Positions 29,470 to 39,925 of a stretch of DNA of 64,000 bases are shown piece by piece. The stretch covers positions 1,623,735-1,687,734 of the forward strand of contig OZ253558.1 of the NCBI GenBank assembly GCA_965262745.1, in the 5' to 3' direction. A program made the position numbers and the translations under genes. A model generated the notes under the pieces. It was not told where the DNA came from. It worked only from the letters and a program-made list of their open reading frames with translations, and ran no database searches. Origin of the DNA: Chloroflexota bacterium (GTDB taxonomy: Bacteria > Chloroflexota > UBA11872). The first letter of the stretch is position 1. Each line of letters opens with the position of its first letter.

Positions 29470-31341
29470 CTATTCCGCCGGAACGCTGTTCTCCTCCGCC
29501 TGCGGCGAGTAGGGGAGATGTCCCGCTGGCAACGGTTCGCGGCGCTCCGCAACAAATCCCATGGCTTGGGCGTCGGCTGCAACCGAGGCAAGGCCAAGGT
29601 ATTCAATGGTGTCGGCAAATGGCCGGCCGGTCGCCGGGTCCCAGCCATGGTCGCGGTAGTAGGCCGTTACCTCGTCCCTGACGCCGGCCCGACTGAGCGG
29701 CTGGTTGCGCAGCGGCCCGTGGCGCAGCGGCTCGTGCAAGCGGTCCGGTAGGCGGTCGTCCTCCGGCTCCAGCCCTTCCCGAAGGTTGAAGAGCCGCGCC
29801 ATGGTGACGCCGCGCTCGAACGTCGCGTGCAACTCGTCCGGCGAAACATCCCAACCCGTGGCCGCGTTCAACAGACTCAGCGTCGTGGCCTCGTCGTACT
29901 GCAAGAAGTGACACAGGCCCACGGTATTGCGGAGCCCGGAACGCTTACCCGCGGCACCGGTGTGGTCGCCGCCGGTTGGAGCGACCGGATAGTTGCGGCG
30001 CATGCCCGGCATCGCGCGCGGATCGTGCATGGCTACTTCGAGCCCCTTCACGTGCACGACCCGCGCCTCGGCGTCGGCGCCGAGGGTGCGCGCCGCCCGC
30101 AGCGAGCCCTCGGCCAGGAGATCGCCCACGCCTTTACGGTGGGCGATCTTTCCGATCACGCGCAGCACGTCGTCGGCCGACCCGATGCGCAGCGTCTCAC
30201 CGTCGAGCTGCTGCTCGCCCAGCAAGCCAAGCTCGACCATTTCCATGGCCCAGGCGATCGTCGCGCCGCACGAAATGCTGTCCATGCCGAGCGCGTTGAG
30301 CATCTCGTGGCCCTTGCAGATGGCCATCACGTCGGTCACGCCCGTGTTGGGACCAATTGACGCCAGCGTCTCGTATTCCGGGCCGCCGTACTTGGGGTCC
30401 ACCGTGAGATCCGGACGCTTGATCTTGACGCGTTTCTTGCAGCGCACGGAGCAGGCGTAGCACCGGTCCATCTCGTGGTCGGTGAGTTCCTGGATGGCCA
30501 CGGCATCCACCCGGTCGGCGCCCTCCAGCCGGCCGTCGCGAAAGTTATGCGTGACCAGGTGACCCTCGAGCTGCTTCGATCTCACCATGGCGCCGGTGCC
30601 CCAGGTGTGGAGCCGATGGTGCGCCTCGCCTGGCGCCAGCGTCTCCTGCGCGACCCAGCGGGAAACTCCGGCAATCGCCCGGGGGTCGGCCGCTTGCACC
30701 GGCTGGGCACCGCGCACGGCAATGGCTTTCAGATTCTTCGATCCCATGACGGCGCCTAGGCCCGTGCGACCGGCCACCTCGTTGAGATCGTGAACGATGC
30801 AGGCAAACCGCACCAGGTTTTCCCCGGCCGGACCGATCTGGGCCACGCGAACGCGCGGGTCGCCCAACTCCTCCCGAATCTGAGATTCCACCGGCCCCGT
30901 TAGCTCGCCCCAGAGCGGCCGCGCGTCGCGCAGCTCGACCGCGTCGTCGTCGATCCAGAGGTACACGGGATGGGCCGCCCTCCCGTGCACGATGATGGCG
31001 TCCCAACCGGCGCGCTTGAGCTCGGCGCCCCAGTAGCCACCAGCCTCGGATTCACCAAAAAGGCCGGTGAGTGGCGACTTGGCGCCCACGCTGTGCCGGC
31101 TGCCGCCGGGAACGGAAACACCCGTAATCGGTCCGAGCGCGAACACGAGGCGGTTCGCTGGATCGAACGCATCGCTGCCCTGCGGGACTTCGGTAAGCAG
31201 CGTGTGGGCAATGACGTTGCGGCCGCCCATGTGCAGCCGCAGGAAGTCCGCGTCGGGCCGAACGGTCGCGATACGACCGGTGGTGAGATCGACGCGCAAG
31301 AAGCGCCGGCGCACCGAGCCCTTGGAGAGTGGCACCTTCAC
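29470..31341 (-). CDS. aor: Aldehyde:ferredoxin oxidoreductase (tungsten AOR family)
   Basis: 623-aa AOR family sequence (LRVDLTTG.., Cys ligands for the 4Fe-4S cluster, tungstopterin-binding regions). Confidence 0.85.
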   Translation of the reverse strand: MKVPLSKGSVRRRFLRVDLTTGRIATVRPDADFLRLHMGGRNVIAHTLLTEVPQGSDAFDPANRLVFALGPITGVSVPGGSRHSVGAKSPLTGLFGESEAGGYWGAELKRAGWDAIIVHGRAAHPVYLWIDDDAVELRDARPLWGELTGPVESQIREELGDPRVRVAQIGPAGENLVRFACIVHDLNEVAGRTGLGAVMGSKNLKAIAVRGAQPVQAADPRAIAGVSRWVAQETLAPGEAHHRLHTWGTGAMVRSKQLEGHLVTHNFRDGRLEGADRVDAVAIQELTDHEMDRCYACSVRCKKRVKIKRPDLTVDPKYGGPEYETLASIGPNTGVTDVMAICKGHEMLNALGMDSISCGATIAWAMEMVELGLLGEQQLDGETLRIGSADDVLRVIGKIAHRKGVGDLLAEGSLRAARTLGADAEARVVHVKGLEVAMHDPRAMPGMRRNYPVAPTGGDHTGAAGKRSGLRNTVGLCHFLQYDEATTLSLLNAATGWDVSPDELHATFERGVTMARLFNLREGLEPEDDRLPDRLHEPLRHGPLRNQPLSRAGVRDEVTAYYRDHGWDPATGRPFADTIEYLGLASVAADAQAMGFVAERREPLPAGHLPYSPQAEENSVPAE

Positions 31342-31586
31342 TCGCCTCCGGTCATTGGCACGAGAATGTCGACGACGTCGCCGGCCGCCAGCTTCGCATC
31401 ACGCTGGGCTAGCTCGCCATTGAGGCCAATGGTAAGGCGCGGCTCCGCGTCCACGCCAAACCGCCGCAGCAGGTCCTCGACCGAGGTCCCGGCCGGAACG
31501 TCAACCTCACGGACCGCGCCAGTTCCCGGAAAGTAGCGGGCCAGGTCCGCGTATGGGCGCACGCGCACGCGCAGCGGCGGCAGCAT
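31338..31586 (-). CDS. MoaD/ThiS-family ubiquitin-like sulfur-carrier protein
   Basis: Small beta-grasp-like ORF ending ..DILVPMTGGE; its stop overlaps the AOR start by 4 bp; start taken at MLPPLRV. Confidence 0.6.
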   Translation of the reverse strand: MLPPLRVRVRPYADLARYFPGTGAVREVDVPAGTSVEDLLRRFGVDAEPRLTIGLNGELAQRDAKLAAGDVVDILVPMTGGE

Positions 31587-31668
31587 CGTCCACCCATCGT
31601 CGCCGACAAGCCCCACGACGACAAGACTGGCGAACCGGCGCGCGTAGGTTCCGACGCAGGAGCCGACG

Positions 31669-32589
31669 CTACGGCACCGACCGCCCGCGGACCGCCGTCG
31701 ATATGCGATAGACCGCCGTTTGCGCGGTCACAAACAAGGTGCTCCACGTCGGACCGCCCCAGGCCAGGTTCGATGGACGGGCCGGGGTGACAATCACGCC
31801 CAGCACGGTGCCGTCCGGCTCGACGACCCATATGCCGCCGGGACCCGTGCTCCACAACCGGCCCGCCGCATCGCACTTCATGCCGTCCGGATTGTTCGCC
31901 GCCGGGTGCGCGTCCATGTCCACGAACTGCCGCGGATTTATCAGCGACCCCTCCCGCGTCACGTCAAACGCCCACACGTCGCGCGGTCCACCGGAGTCAC
32001 CGATGTAGAGGACGGATTCGTCAGGCGAAAACGCCAGCCCATTCGGCCGCACGAATCGATCGGCCACCAGAGCCATCGATCCGTCGGGCGAAAGCCGGTA
32101 CACACCGTTGACCGGCTGCTCCTTGGCCTCGGGGCCCAGCGGATCGATGCCATAGGGCGGGTCCGTGAAGTAGATGTCGCCGTTGCGGCGCACGGCGACG
32201 TCGTTTGGGCTGTTGAGCCGCCGTCCCTCGAAGTAGGCGGCGATGGGCACCGGCTGCACGTTGACGTCGAAACGCAGGACTGCCCGGGCGCTATGCGCGC
32301 ATGCCAGCAGGTTCCCGTTGGGGTCCAGCGTCAGCCCGTTTGTCGCGCCGCTGGCCGCGCGAAACGTCGTCAGCTCGGGGCCCTCCGGCAGCTCGCGCCA
32401 GCGGCAAATGCGGTCGTTCGGTATGTCGCTGAACAGCAGGTGGTCGCCCCGCCAGAGCGGCCCCTCGGTGAAGCCAAGCCCACTGGCGATCCGCTCGAAC
32501 TGCGCTCCGGGCGCCACCAACTCGTGCAGCTGTCCGCTGCGATCCTCGAGCGCGAGTGCCTGCCCTTCATCGACGAATTGGTGCGCCAT
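31669..32589 (-). CDS. SMP-30/gluconolactonase/LRE family protein
   Basis: Beta-propeller lactonase signature ([25 protein letters not shown]). Confidence 0.8.
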   Translation of the reverse strand: MAHQFVDEGQALALEDRSGQLHELVAPGAQFERIASGLGFTEGPLWRGDHLLFSDIPNDRICRWRELPEGPELTTFRAASGATNGLTLDPNGNLLACAHSARAVLRFDVNVQPVPIAAYFEGRRLNSPNDVAVRRNGDIYFTDPPYGIDPLGPEAKEQPVNGVYRLSPDGSMALVADRFVRPNGLAFSPDESVLYIGDSGGPRDVWAFDVTREGSLINPRQFVDMDAHPAANNPDGMKCDAAGRLWSTGPGGIWVVEPDGTVLGVIVTPARPSNLAWGGPTWSTLFVTAQTAVYRISTAVRGRSVP

Positions 32590-32732
32590 TGGATCCTACG
32601 CGTGCTGTCAGGCGGTGTCGGCCCGATGATGCCCCACGGCTGGCGGCGCGCGCGAGGCCGCCGCTGGTTGACAGCCGTTCCAAGGCGCTCCTAGCCTCAT
32701 GTCGGCGCCTGCTCACCACTACGGCAAGACGT

Positions 32733-34730
32733 ATGACAACTGACCAGATCGCTCACCATTCCTCCGAGGCGTCGCAACTCTTCGAGCCGCCGCCGGCGTT
32801 CGCCGCGCGCGCGCGCATCGGCTCGATGGAGCAGTACCGCGAGCTCTATCGACGCAGCCTTGACGAGCCGGAAGCTTTTTGGCGCGAGATCACGGACGGC
32901 TTCGAGTGGATGAAGCCGTGGACCACGCTTCTCGAGTGGGAGCCGCCGTTCGCCAAGTGGTTCGTCGACGGCACCACCAACATCAGCGTGAATTGCTTGG
33001 ATCGTCACGTGGCCGCCGGTCGCGGCGATCGCGTCGCGTACTACTGGGAAGGCGAGCCGGGCGATACGCGCGTCATCACCTACGCCGAGCTTCTGCGCGA
33101 CGTGCAGCGATTTGCCAATGCGCTGCGTGGGCTAGGGCTGAAGCGCGGCGAGCGCGTGCTGCTCTACATGCCCATGGTGCCCGAGTTGCCGGTGGCCATG
33201 CTGGCCTGCGCCCGCCTGGGCCTGGTCCACAGCGTTGTGTTCGGCGGGTTCAGCGCCGATGCCATTCGCGACCGCGTGAATGACGCCGGCGCCTCGCTGG
33301 TAATCACCGCCGACGGCGGCTGGCGTCGCGGCCGCGTGATCCCGCTGAAAGCCAATGTTGACGCCGCCCTGGCGGACGGCGCCTGCCCGTCGGTTGGCAA
33401 CGTGATCGTGCTGCGGCGTTGCGCCAACGACATCGCCTGGGTCGACGGACGTGACGTGTGGTGGGACGACGCCATCGCCGGGCAGTCCGACGAATGCCCG
33501 GCGGCAGAGCTTCCCGCCGAGCATCCGCTATACATCCTCTACACCAGCGGCACCACCGGTAAGCCCAAGGGCGTCGTGCACACCACGGCGGGCTACATGG
33601 TCTACACCGCCGCCACCGCCAAGTTGATCTTCGACCTGCGCGACGACGACATCTACTGGTGCACCGCCGACATCGGCTGGGTCACGGGGCACAGCTACAT
33701 CGTCTACGGCATCCTCGGCAACGGCGCCACAAGCGTGATCTACGAAGGCGCGCCCAACGCACCGAAAGAGGATCGCTTCTGGGCCATCGTCGAGAAATAC
33801 GCCGTCACGGTGCTGTATACGGCTCCCACGGCCATTCGGACGTTCGTGCGCTGGGGCGACGAGCACCCCAACGCGCACGATCTCACCAGCCTGCGGCTGC
33901 TCGGGACCGTCGGCGAGCCGATCAACCCCGATGCGTGGTTGTGGTATCACCGCGTCATCGGCGGCGGGCGCTGCCCCATCGTGGATACCTGGTGGCAGAC
34001 GGAGACCGGCGGCATCCTCATCACGCCGCTGCCGGGCGCCATTCCGCAAAAGCCTGGCTCGGCCACACTCCCGTTCCCCGGAACCGAGCCGGAAATCGTC
34101 GACGAGCAGGGGGAATCCCTGCCCGACGGCACTCGCGGCCTCTTGGTGCTGAATCGCCCCTGGCCGGGAATGCTGCGCGGCATCTATAAGGACGGGTGGG
34201 GCATTCCGGGACACCCGGGCGAGCACGGCGACGCCGAGCGTTTCATGGAGCAGTATTGGGCCAAGTTCCCCGGGCGCTATCTGACCGGCGACGGGGCCGT
34301 GCGCGACGCCGACGGCTATTTCTGGATCATTGGGCGGGTCGACGACACGCTCAATGTGTCGGGGCACCGCATTGGCACGGCGGAGGTCGAGAGCGCCCTG
34401 GTCAGCCATCCCGCGGTGGCGGAATCCGCGGTCGTCGGCACACCGGACCCCATCACCGGGGAATCCATCGCCGCCTTCGTCACGCTGCGCGGCGGCATCG
34501 ACACCTCGGATGAGATGCAGGCCGAGTTGGTGGCGCACGTGGGCGAAAAGTTGGGAGGCTTTGCGCGACCCAAGCAACTTCGATTTGCCGACGCCCTGCC
34601 CAAGACCCGCAGCGGCAAGATCATGCGGCGGTTGCTGCGCGATATCGCCGCCGGCCGCGAGGTCGTGGGCGATACCACCACGCTCGAGGATCTCACGGTG
34701 GTGGCTCAGCTACGGGGCGAGGAGGAATAG
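32733..34730 (+). CDS. acs: Acetyl-CoA synthetase
   Basis: AMP-forming Acs family ([20 protein letters not shown], conserved C-terminal Lys); start at MTTDQIAHH inside the longer ORF. Confidence 0.9.
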   Translation: MTTDQIAHHSSEASQLFEPPPAFAARARIGSMEQYRELYRRSLDEPEAFWREITDGFEWMKPWTTLLEWEPPFAKWFVDGTTNISVNCLDRHVAAGRGDRVAYYWEGEPGDTRVITYAELLRDVQRFANALRGLGLKRGERVLLYMPMVPELPVAMLACARLGLVHSVVFGGFSADAIRDRVNDAGASLVITADGGWRRGRVIPLKANVDAALADGACPSVGNVIVLRRCANDIAWVDGRDVWWDDAIAGQSDECPAAELPAEHPLYILYTSGTTGKPKGVVHTTAGYMVYTAATAKLIFDLRDDDIYWCTADIGWVTGHSYIVYGILGNGATSVIYEGAPNAPKEDRFWAIVEKYAVTVLYTAPTAIRTFVRWGDEHPNAHDLTSLRLLGTVGEPINPDAWLWYHRVIGGGRCPIVDTWWQTETGGILITPLPGAIPQKPGSATLPFPGTEPEIVDEQGESLPDGTRGLLVLNRPWPGMLRGIYKDGWGIPGHPGEHGDAERFMEQYWAKFPGRYLTGDGAVRDADGYFWIIGRVDDTLNVSGHRIGTAEVESALVSHPAVAESAVVGTPDPITGESIAAFVTLRGGIDTSDEMQAELVAHVGEKLGGFARPKQLRFADALPKTRSGKIMRRLLRDIAAGREVVGDTTTLEDLTVVAQLRGEEE

Positions 34731-34837
34731 CCGCCCTGCACCGACCCTCGATCCCGCCCACCATTGCCATCGAAGGTAATACCATGGCCGCGCCGTCGCG
34801 ATCTGGGCGGCGCCACTCAGCGGAGCAACGCAGGTCT

Positions 34838-35407
34838 ATGCACGTCACCGGGTCCAGCCGAACCGCGCGCCTCGGGCGCGTCATCTGCGCGTTTCTGAGC
34901 GGTGTTTTCCTCGCCGGCGCCGTCGCGGCTTGCGGCGAATCCAGCCGCTTCAGCCACATCGCGCCAACCCCCGAACCCACCCCGGTCGTCGTCCAGCTGC
35001 TCGCCATGGTCCCCTCTGGACGCACGATGCCTCCGGTGGCGCCGTCACCGCCCGCCCGCACGCCGGAGACGGTAACCACCATGGCGGCGCCAACGCCCAT
35101 CGTCATCGAGACGCCGACCGAAGTCGTGGACGAGACGCCGAGCCCGACGCCGACCGAGCCGCCCACAGGCCCGTTCACACCCGAAGAAATCGGTAGCCAA
35201 CTCTTTGTCGACAACGGCTGCTTCGTCTGCCACGCCGAAGACCTCAGCGGCGGCATCGGCCCGGCCCTTGCGGGGCGCACACCGGAGGACCTGACGGATG
35301 ACCGCATTCGATCGCAGATCGGCACCGGTGGAAACGGGATGCCGTTCTTTGAAAACCTCACGGCGGAGCAAATCGAACAGCTCATGGCGTTCATTCGCAG
35401 TTCCTAG
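34838..35407 (+). CDS. Lipoprotein c-type cytochrome (class I) with Pro/Thr-rich linker
   Basis: Lipobox LAGAVAACGE, PT-rich spacer, single CFVCH haem-binding motif, then GGNGMP. Confidence 0.7.
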   Translation: MHVTGSSRTARLGRVICAFLSGVFLAGAVAACGESSRFSHIAPTPEPTPVVVQLLAMVPSGRTMPPVAPSPPARTPETVTTMAAPTPIVIETPTEVVDETPSPTPTEPPTGPFTPEEIGSQLFVDNGCFVCHAEDLSGGIGPALAGRTPEDLTDDRIRSQIGTGGNGMPFFENLTAEQIEQLMAFIRSS

Positions 35408-35476
35408 GCAGCCATGACAATCCGCGGCTGTACGCCGGACGTAGAATTTGAGGGAAGGCGGGTAAGGAGCGCTGGC

Positions 35477-36139
35477 ATGCGGAGGATGATCGCTGCGTGC
35501 ATCGCCGTCGCCGCGGCTGCGGTCGTCCTGACCGCGTGCGGCGAAGCCGCCGAGCCCGCAGCACCCGCCGCCGAGGTGAAATACGCGGCAATCGAAGCGC
35601 CCGCGCCGCCCACGGCAACGGATACCCCCGCCCCTCCGCCCGCGCCAACGCCGCAACTGACTCCTACGCCGGTTCCACAGCCGGCTGCCCCGGCAAGGGC
35701 GGCCGCCGTCGACTTCTCGCTCCCGAGCGCCCAGGGCCCGCAATACACCCTGAGCTCCTTCGCGGGACAGCGGCCGGTGGTCGTCGTCTTCTACCGCGCC
35801 TTCTGGTGAGGGACCTGCCGTACCCAGCTCGTGGAGCTGCAAAACGACTACCAGGACTTCCAATCGCGCGGCGTCGAAATCCTCGCCATCAGCACTGACA
35901 CGCTCAATGACACCGCCGGCATTGTTGAGCGGATCGGCCTGCAATTCCCGGTGCTCTACAACTCCGAGGGCGATGTCCCGCGCGCGTACGGCATCTTCGA
36001 TCTCTACGGCGACGGTCTCGCCACGGGGTCGGCGTTCCTGGTCGATCTTGATGGAAACCTGGCCTGGAGTTCGATCTACAGCGGCATTCACGACCTCATC
36101 AAGTCAGACGACATCCTGGCGGCCATCGACGCGCTGTAG
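35477..36139 (+). CDS. Candidate selenoprotein: lipoprotein thioredoxin-fold (TlpA/ResA-like) thiol-disulfide oxidoreductase with an in-frame TGA at 35807-35809
   Basis: Two track ORFs (35414-35809 and 35831-36139) share one frame and are separated only by a TGA that sits at the first-Cys position of the redox motif (FYRAFW-U-GTC); SD AAGGAG precedes the ATG at 35477. Confidence 0.5.
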
Positions 36140-36141
36140 AG

Positions 36142-36495
36142 CAACGGCGCCGCACGCACCCCGGAGAGCGTGACCACCATGGCGCCGCCGCCACGGTTGG
36201 GGCGGCGGCAACCCCGACCCCGAATGGCACGCCGCCCCCCACTCCAACGCCGAAGGTCCAGACCGACGAAGAGCCGCCCTGCCGGCAACTCTTCGTCGAC
36301 AACGGCTGCACGGTCTGCCACGGTGAAGACCTGAGCGGCGGAATCGGATCACCGCTTGCCGGCCGAGCCCCGGACGATCTCACGGAGGAGCGCATCCGCT
36401 CCCAACTCGCCGAGGGTGGAAACGGGATGCCGCCGTTTCCCGATCTGACGGAGGTTCAGATCGGTGAACTGATCGCGTGCATTCGCAGTTCGTAG
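36142..36495 (+). pseudogene. Degenerate duplicate of the cytochrome c gene 3' portion (CTVCH retained, no start)
   Basis: Frame-1 translation ..QLFVDNGCTVCHGEDLSGG..GGNGMPPFPDL..IACIRSS* parallels the end of the gene at 34838-35407; an indel breaks the upstream frame and there is no initiation codon. Confidence 0.4.
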
Positions 36496-36564
36496 GCCGC
36501 GATGGCAAACCGCGCCGGCTCGCTCAGCGTAGAATCTGAGGGAAGACGGGTGAGGAGTTTCGGC

Positions 36565-37635
36565 ATGCGGAGGATGATCGCCGCGTTAATCGCCATCGCC
36601 GCGGCTTCTGTAGTCATTGCGGCGTGCGGCGAATCCGCCGAGCCCGCGGAATCCGCCGCTGGAGCTGCCGTCGCCAGCGAGGCAACCGCGGCCCCCGCGC
36701 CGCCGACGGCAACGGTCACGCCCGCCCCTCCGCCCGCACCGGTGCCGACAGCCACCAGCCCACCGACGCCAGCCGCAACCCCGCCGCCGACCGCCACGGC
36801 GGTCGCGGGAGCGGCCCTGGCGGCCACTTCCGCACCGACTGCGGTAGTCGTCGCCGCGGCGCCGACGCCCACAGCCGCTCCCGCGCCGACCTCAACGCCG
36901 GCGCCCGCAGTAACGCCCACGCCGGCGCCCCTCCCGACCTCAACGCCGCAGCCCACGCCGACGACGGCCGCTGTGCCAACTCCAACTCCCGCACCAACGC
37001 CCGCACCGGCGCCCACGCCAACACCGCAGCCCACACCCGCGCCCACGGCAGCGCCGACGCCGACCCCCGCACCCCAGCCAACGCCGCAGCCGACACCCAC
37101 GCCCGCGCCAGAGCCCACGCCAACGCCGCAACCGACGCCGACGCCCGCGCCACAACCGACCCCAACGCCAACACCGCCACCCGCGCCAGCCAGGGCGGCC
37201 GCCGTCGACTTCTCGTTACCGAGTGCCCAAGGCCCGCAATACACCCTGAGTTCGTTTGCGGGACAGCAGCCGGTGGTGGTGGTCTTCTACCGGGCCTTCT
37301 GGTGAACGACCTGTCGCACGCAGCTCGTGGAGCTGCAGAACAACTACCAGGAGTTCGAATCGCGCGGCGTGGAAATCCTCGCCATAAGCACTGACACGCT
37401 CAATGACACCGCCGGCATTGTTGAGCGGATCGGCCTCCAATTCCCGGTGCTCTACAACACCGAGGGCGATGTTCCCCGGGCGTACGGCATCTTCAACCTC
37501 TACGGCGACGGTCTCGCCACAGGGTCAGCGTTCTTGGTCGATCGTGACGGGGGCCTGGCCTGGAGTTCTGTCTACAGCGGCATTCATGACCTGATCCCCT
37601 CAGCCGACATCCTGGCAGCCATCGACGCCCTCTAG
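36565..37635 (+). CDS. Candidate selenoprotein paralog: lipoprotein thiol-disulfide oxidoreductase with an expanded PT-rich linker and an in-frame TGA at 37303-37305
   Basis: Track ORFs 36502-37305 and 37327-37635 are in frame across the TGA (FYRAFW-U-TTC); SD GAGGAG precedes the ATG at 36565. Confidence 0.5.
36700..37190 (+). repeat. Coding low-complexity Pro/Thr/Ala-rich repeat region (linker)
   Basis: Reiterated [15 protein letters not shown] codon repeats inside the gene at 36565-37635. Confidence 0.7.
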
Positions 37636-37729
37636 GACACAAGCGCAGCCCGACGCGCGGTGCCTGTCCGCGACGCACGGCGGGTCACGCGCCTACAATC
37701 GCGCCCGCCCATACTGACGAAGAAAACCT

Positions 37730-38794
37730 ATGAGCAAACCGCTGCGGGCCGGCGTGGTCGGCCTCACCGGCATCGGCGCCAAACGGTCGGCCCCAGGCCC
37801 AGGCCCTGGCACCGGCGTTGAGATGCCTCACTCCCACGTCGGCGCCTACCTCCACGTCGCCGCCACCGAGCCCGTCGCGGTGTGCGACATCGTGCCCGAG
37901 AAGCTGGATGGCTTTCACCGCGACTGGGCCGACGTGTTGCCCGACACGCGCGGCTACACCGACTACCGCGAGATGTTGGCCCGCGAGCAACTGGACGTCA
38001 TCAGCGTCGCGACCCCCGACGACCGCCACGCACAGATAGTTGTCGACGCGGTGGCCGCCGGGGTGCGCGGCATCATCTGCGAGAAGCCCATTGCCTCGAC
38101 GCTGGCCGACGCCGACCGCATGATCGCCACCGTCGAAGCCGCGGGAGTCCCCATGCTGGTGGACCACACGCGGCGCTGGATGTTTCCCTGGGTGCAGGTG
38201 GCCGAGGTGATCGCCTCGGGGGAGATCGGCGAGGTGCAGCGCATTGCCGCCCAGCAGGGCGGTCCGCGCGCGATGCTGTTCCGCAACGGCACCCACATGT
38301 TCGACACCATCCTCTGGTTCGCCGGCGGCAGGCCCACCGCGGTCTACGCGCTCGCTGAAGCCGGCTTCGCCGACTACGGCCCTCGCTACGCCAGCGACGG
38401 CGGCCACGACCCCGACACCGATCCCGCCATGTCCGCCATCATCGAGTTCGACAACGGCGTTCGCGCATTCTGGAACATGTGCAAGACCATGCCGCAGGTA
38501 TTCGATGTCGCCGTATTCGGCACCTCCGGTATCGTGCGCGTCGGCGACTCGGACGACGCCACCGTCACCGTCAAGGACAGCGGCGGCTTGAAACAGCGCT
38601 CGCTTCCCCGGCCGCAATACACGCTCGGCCACATCGCCGGCTGCGTCGACGAGATGGTGCATCTGATCAACCACGGCGGCCGCCCCTCAATGGACGGTCG
38701 CACCTCGCGCCAGGTCGTCGAAGTGCTCCTGGCCGCGCTGCAGTCGCAACACGCCGGCAACGCCCGCATCACCCTCCCCATCAGCGACGCCTAG
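37730..38794 (+). CDS. Gfo/Idh/MocA family oxidoreductase
   Basis: N-terminal Rossmann fold (RAGVVGLTGIG), EKP motif, C-terminal alpha/beta domain. Confidence 0.85.
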   Translation: MSKPLRAGVVGLTGIGAKRSAPGPGPGTGVEMPHSHVGAYLHVAATEPVAVCDIVPEKLDGFHRDWADVLPDTRGYTDYREMLAREQLDVISVATPDDRHAQIVVDAVAAGVRGIICEKPIASTLADADRMIATVEAAGVPMLVDHTRRWMFPWVQVAEVIASGEIGEVQRIAAQQGGPRAMLFRNGTHMFDTILWFAGGRPTAVYALAEAGFADYGPRYASDGGHDPDTDPAMSAIIEFDNGVRAFWNMCKTMPQVFDVAVFGTSGIVRVGDSDDATVTVKDSGGLKQRSLPRPQYTLGHIAGCVDEMVHLINHGGRPSMDGRTSRQVVEVLLAALQSQHAGNARITLPISDA

Positions 38795-38837
38795 CCGGCG
38801 GCGGCTAGGGATAGTCCGAATAAGTCGATGGACGCCG

Positions 38838-38887
38838 CCCCAATCCGTTCGCCCTGAGCTTGTCGAAGGGACTACCGAACGGATTGG
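38838..38887. terminator. Long inverted repeat between convergent genes (possible bidirectional terminator)
   Basis: CCCAATCCGTTCG ...24 nt... CGAACGGATTGGG, 13-bp arms. Confidence 0.3.
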
Positions 38888-38929
38888 GACACATCGAGGC
38901 CAGGGCCTCCTTGTTTGTTCAGAGGTTCC

Positions 38930-39925
38930 CTAGAGCGACTTGATATAGGCCACGATCGCCAGCAGCTCTTCCCGCGAGAGCAGCGTATCGAGGTCGGCCT
39001 GCATCAGGCCCGGCTCGAATCCCGCCACGACTTCCGTGTTGGGATCGACGATCGCCCGCAGCAGATAGGCGTCGTCGGCGATCACCGTTGAGCCATCCGA
39101 CAGCGTTACCTGGCTGACGTAGAGGCCCTGCCAGGTGGGGCCGATGCCCTCAGACCCGTCGCTGCTGTGACAGGCCTCACAGCCGACGGCACGAACCAGC
39201 ACGGCCCCCAGGCCAGGATCGGGCGCCGCCGGCGTGGGAGTCGGTGTTGGCTGTGGCGTGGGCGTCGGCTGTGGCGTCGGCGTGGGCACTGGCACCGGCG
39301 TCGGTGTGGGAGTCGGTTCCGGCGTGGGCGTCGGCATGGGGGTCGGGGTGGGTTCGGGCGTGGGTGTGGGCTCTGGTGTCGCTGTCGGCGTCGGGGTCGG
39401 CTCCGGCGTTGGTGACGGAGTCGGGGCAGGCGTAGGTGTCGGCGTGGCCGTAGCTGTCGGCGTCGGTTCCGGCGTCGGCGTGGCTTCCGGTGTGGCTGTG
39501 GATTCGAGCGTGGGCGTCGGCGTGGGGTCCGAGGTGGGCGACGGCGCGGGCGTGGGTTCAACCGTGGGTGTCGGCTCCGGCGATGGTGTGGGCGCTGGGG
39601 TCAGCGTGGGCTTTGGCGTCGCCGGTGGCTCCGGCGTTGAGGCCGATGTGGGCTCCGGCGTGGACGTGGACTCTGACGTCGGCGCGGGCGCGAGCGTCGG
39701 TGTAGGCGCCAGCATCGCCGCAGTCGCCGGTGTTGACGCAGGCGTGGGCGCCAGGGTGGGAGATGGCGCCACCGTCGTACCCGCTGCTGGCGGCGCCGAG
39801 GCTTCCCCGCACGCCAGGCACAGAAGGCCTATCGCGACAATGAGGCCCGCTATCCGGAAGCTGCCTACCGAACCATGCGATTCGCGCGTAGGCGCGCGCC
39901 GACGACCGCTTTCGTGTCTACGCAC
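38930..39925 (-). CDS. Lipoprotein c-type cytochrome with a long Pro/Thr-rich linker
   Basis: GTG start, lipobox LLCLACGE, about 180 aa of PTPEPTPT repeats, CEACH haem motif and a class I cyt c C-terminal domain. Confidence 0.7.
   Translation of the reverse strand: MRRHESGRRRAPTRESHGSVGSFRIAGLIVAIGLLCLACGEASAPPAAGTTVAPSPTLAPTPASTPATAAMLAPTPTLAPAPTSESTSTPEPTSASTPEPPATPKPTLTPAPTPSPEPTPTVEPTPAPSPTSDPTPTPTLESTATPEATPTPEPTPTATATPTPTPAPTPSPTPEPTPTPTATPEPTPTPEPTPTPMPTPTPEPTPTPTPVPVPTPTPQPTPTPQPTPTPTPAAPDPGLGAVLVRAVGCEACHSSDGSEGIGPTWQGLYVSQVTLSDGSTVIADDAYLLRAIVDPNTEVVAGFEPGLMQADLDTLLSREELLAIVAYIKSL
39230..39790 (-). repeat. Coding low-complexity Pro/Thr-rich repeat region (cytochrome c linker)
   Basis: Reiterated GGTGTGGGCGTCGGC-type units on the plus strand, equivalent to PTPEPTPTP codon repeats. 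Confidence 0.7.

Noticed and set aside
35807-35809. Reading the TGA in the redoxin genes as a genuine stop (split or pseudogene)
   Set aside because: Both paralogs keep an intact, conserved in-frame downstream half, and the TGA sits exactly at the catalytic Cys position. Selenocysteine recoding is therefore more likely, though it is unproven without sel genes
36650-37200. Possible CRISPR or other non-coding tandem repeat array
   Set aside because: The repeats are in-frame codon reiterations (PTPAPTPQ..) inside a gene, with no spacer-repeat periodicity. No CRISPR array was seen anywhere in the window
36456-37244. 262-aa Gly/Ala/Val-rich ORF on the minus strand
   Set aside because: It is the reverse-complement reading of the Pro/Thr-rich linker of the redoxin gene at 36565-37635; it has no start context and is a low-complexity artefact
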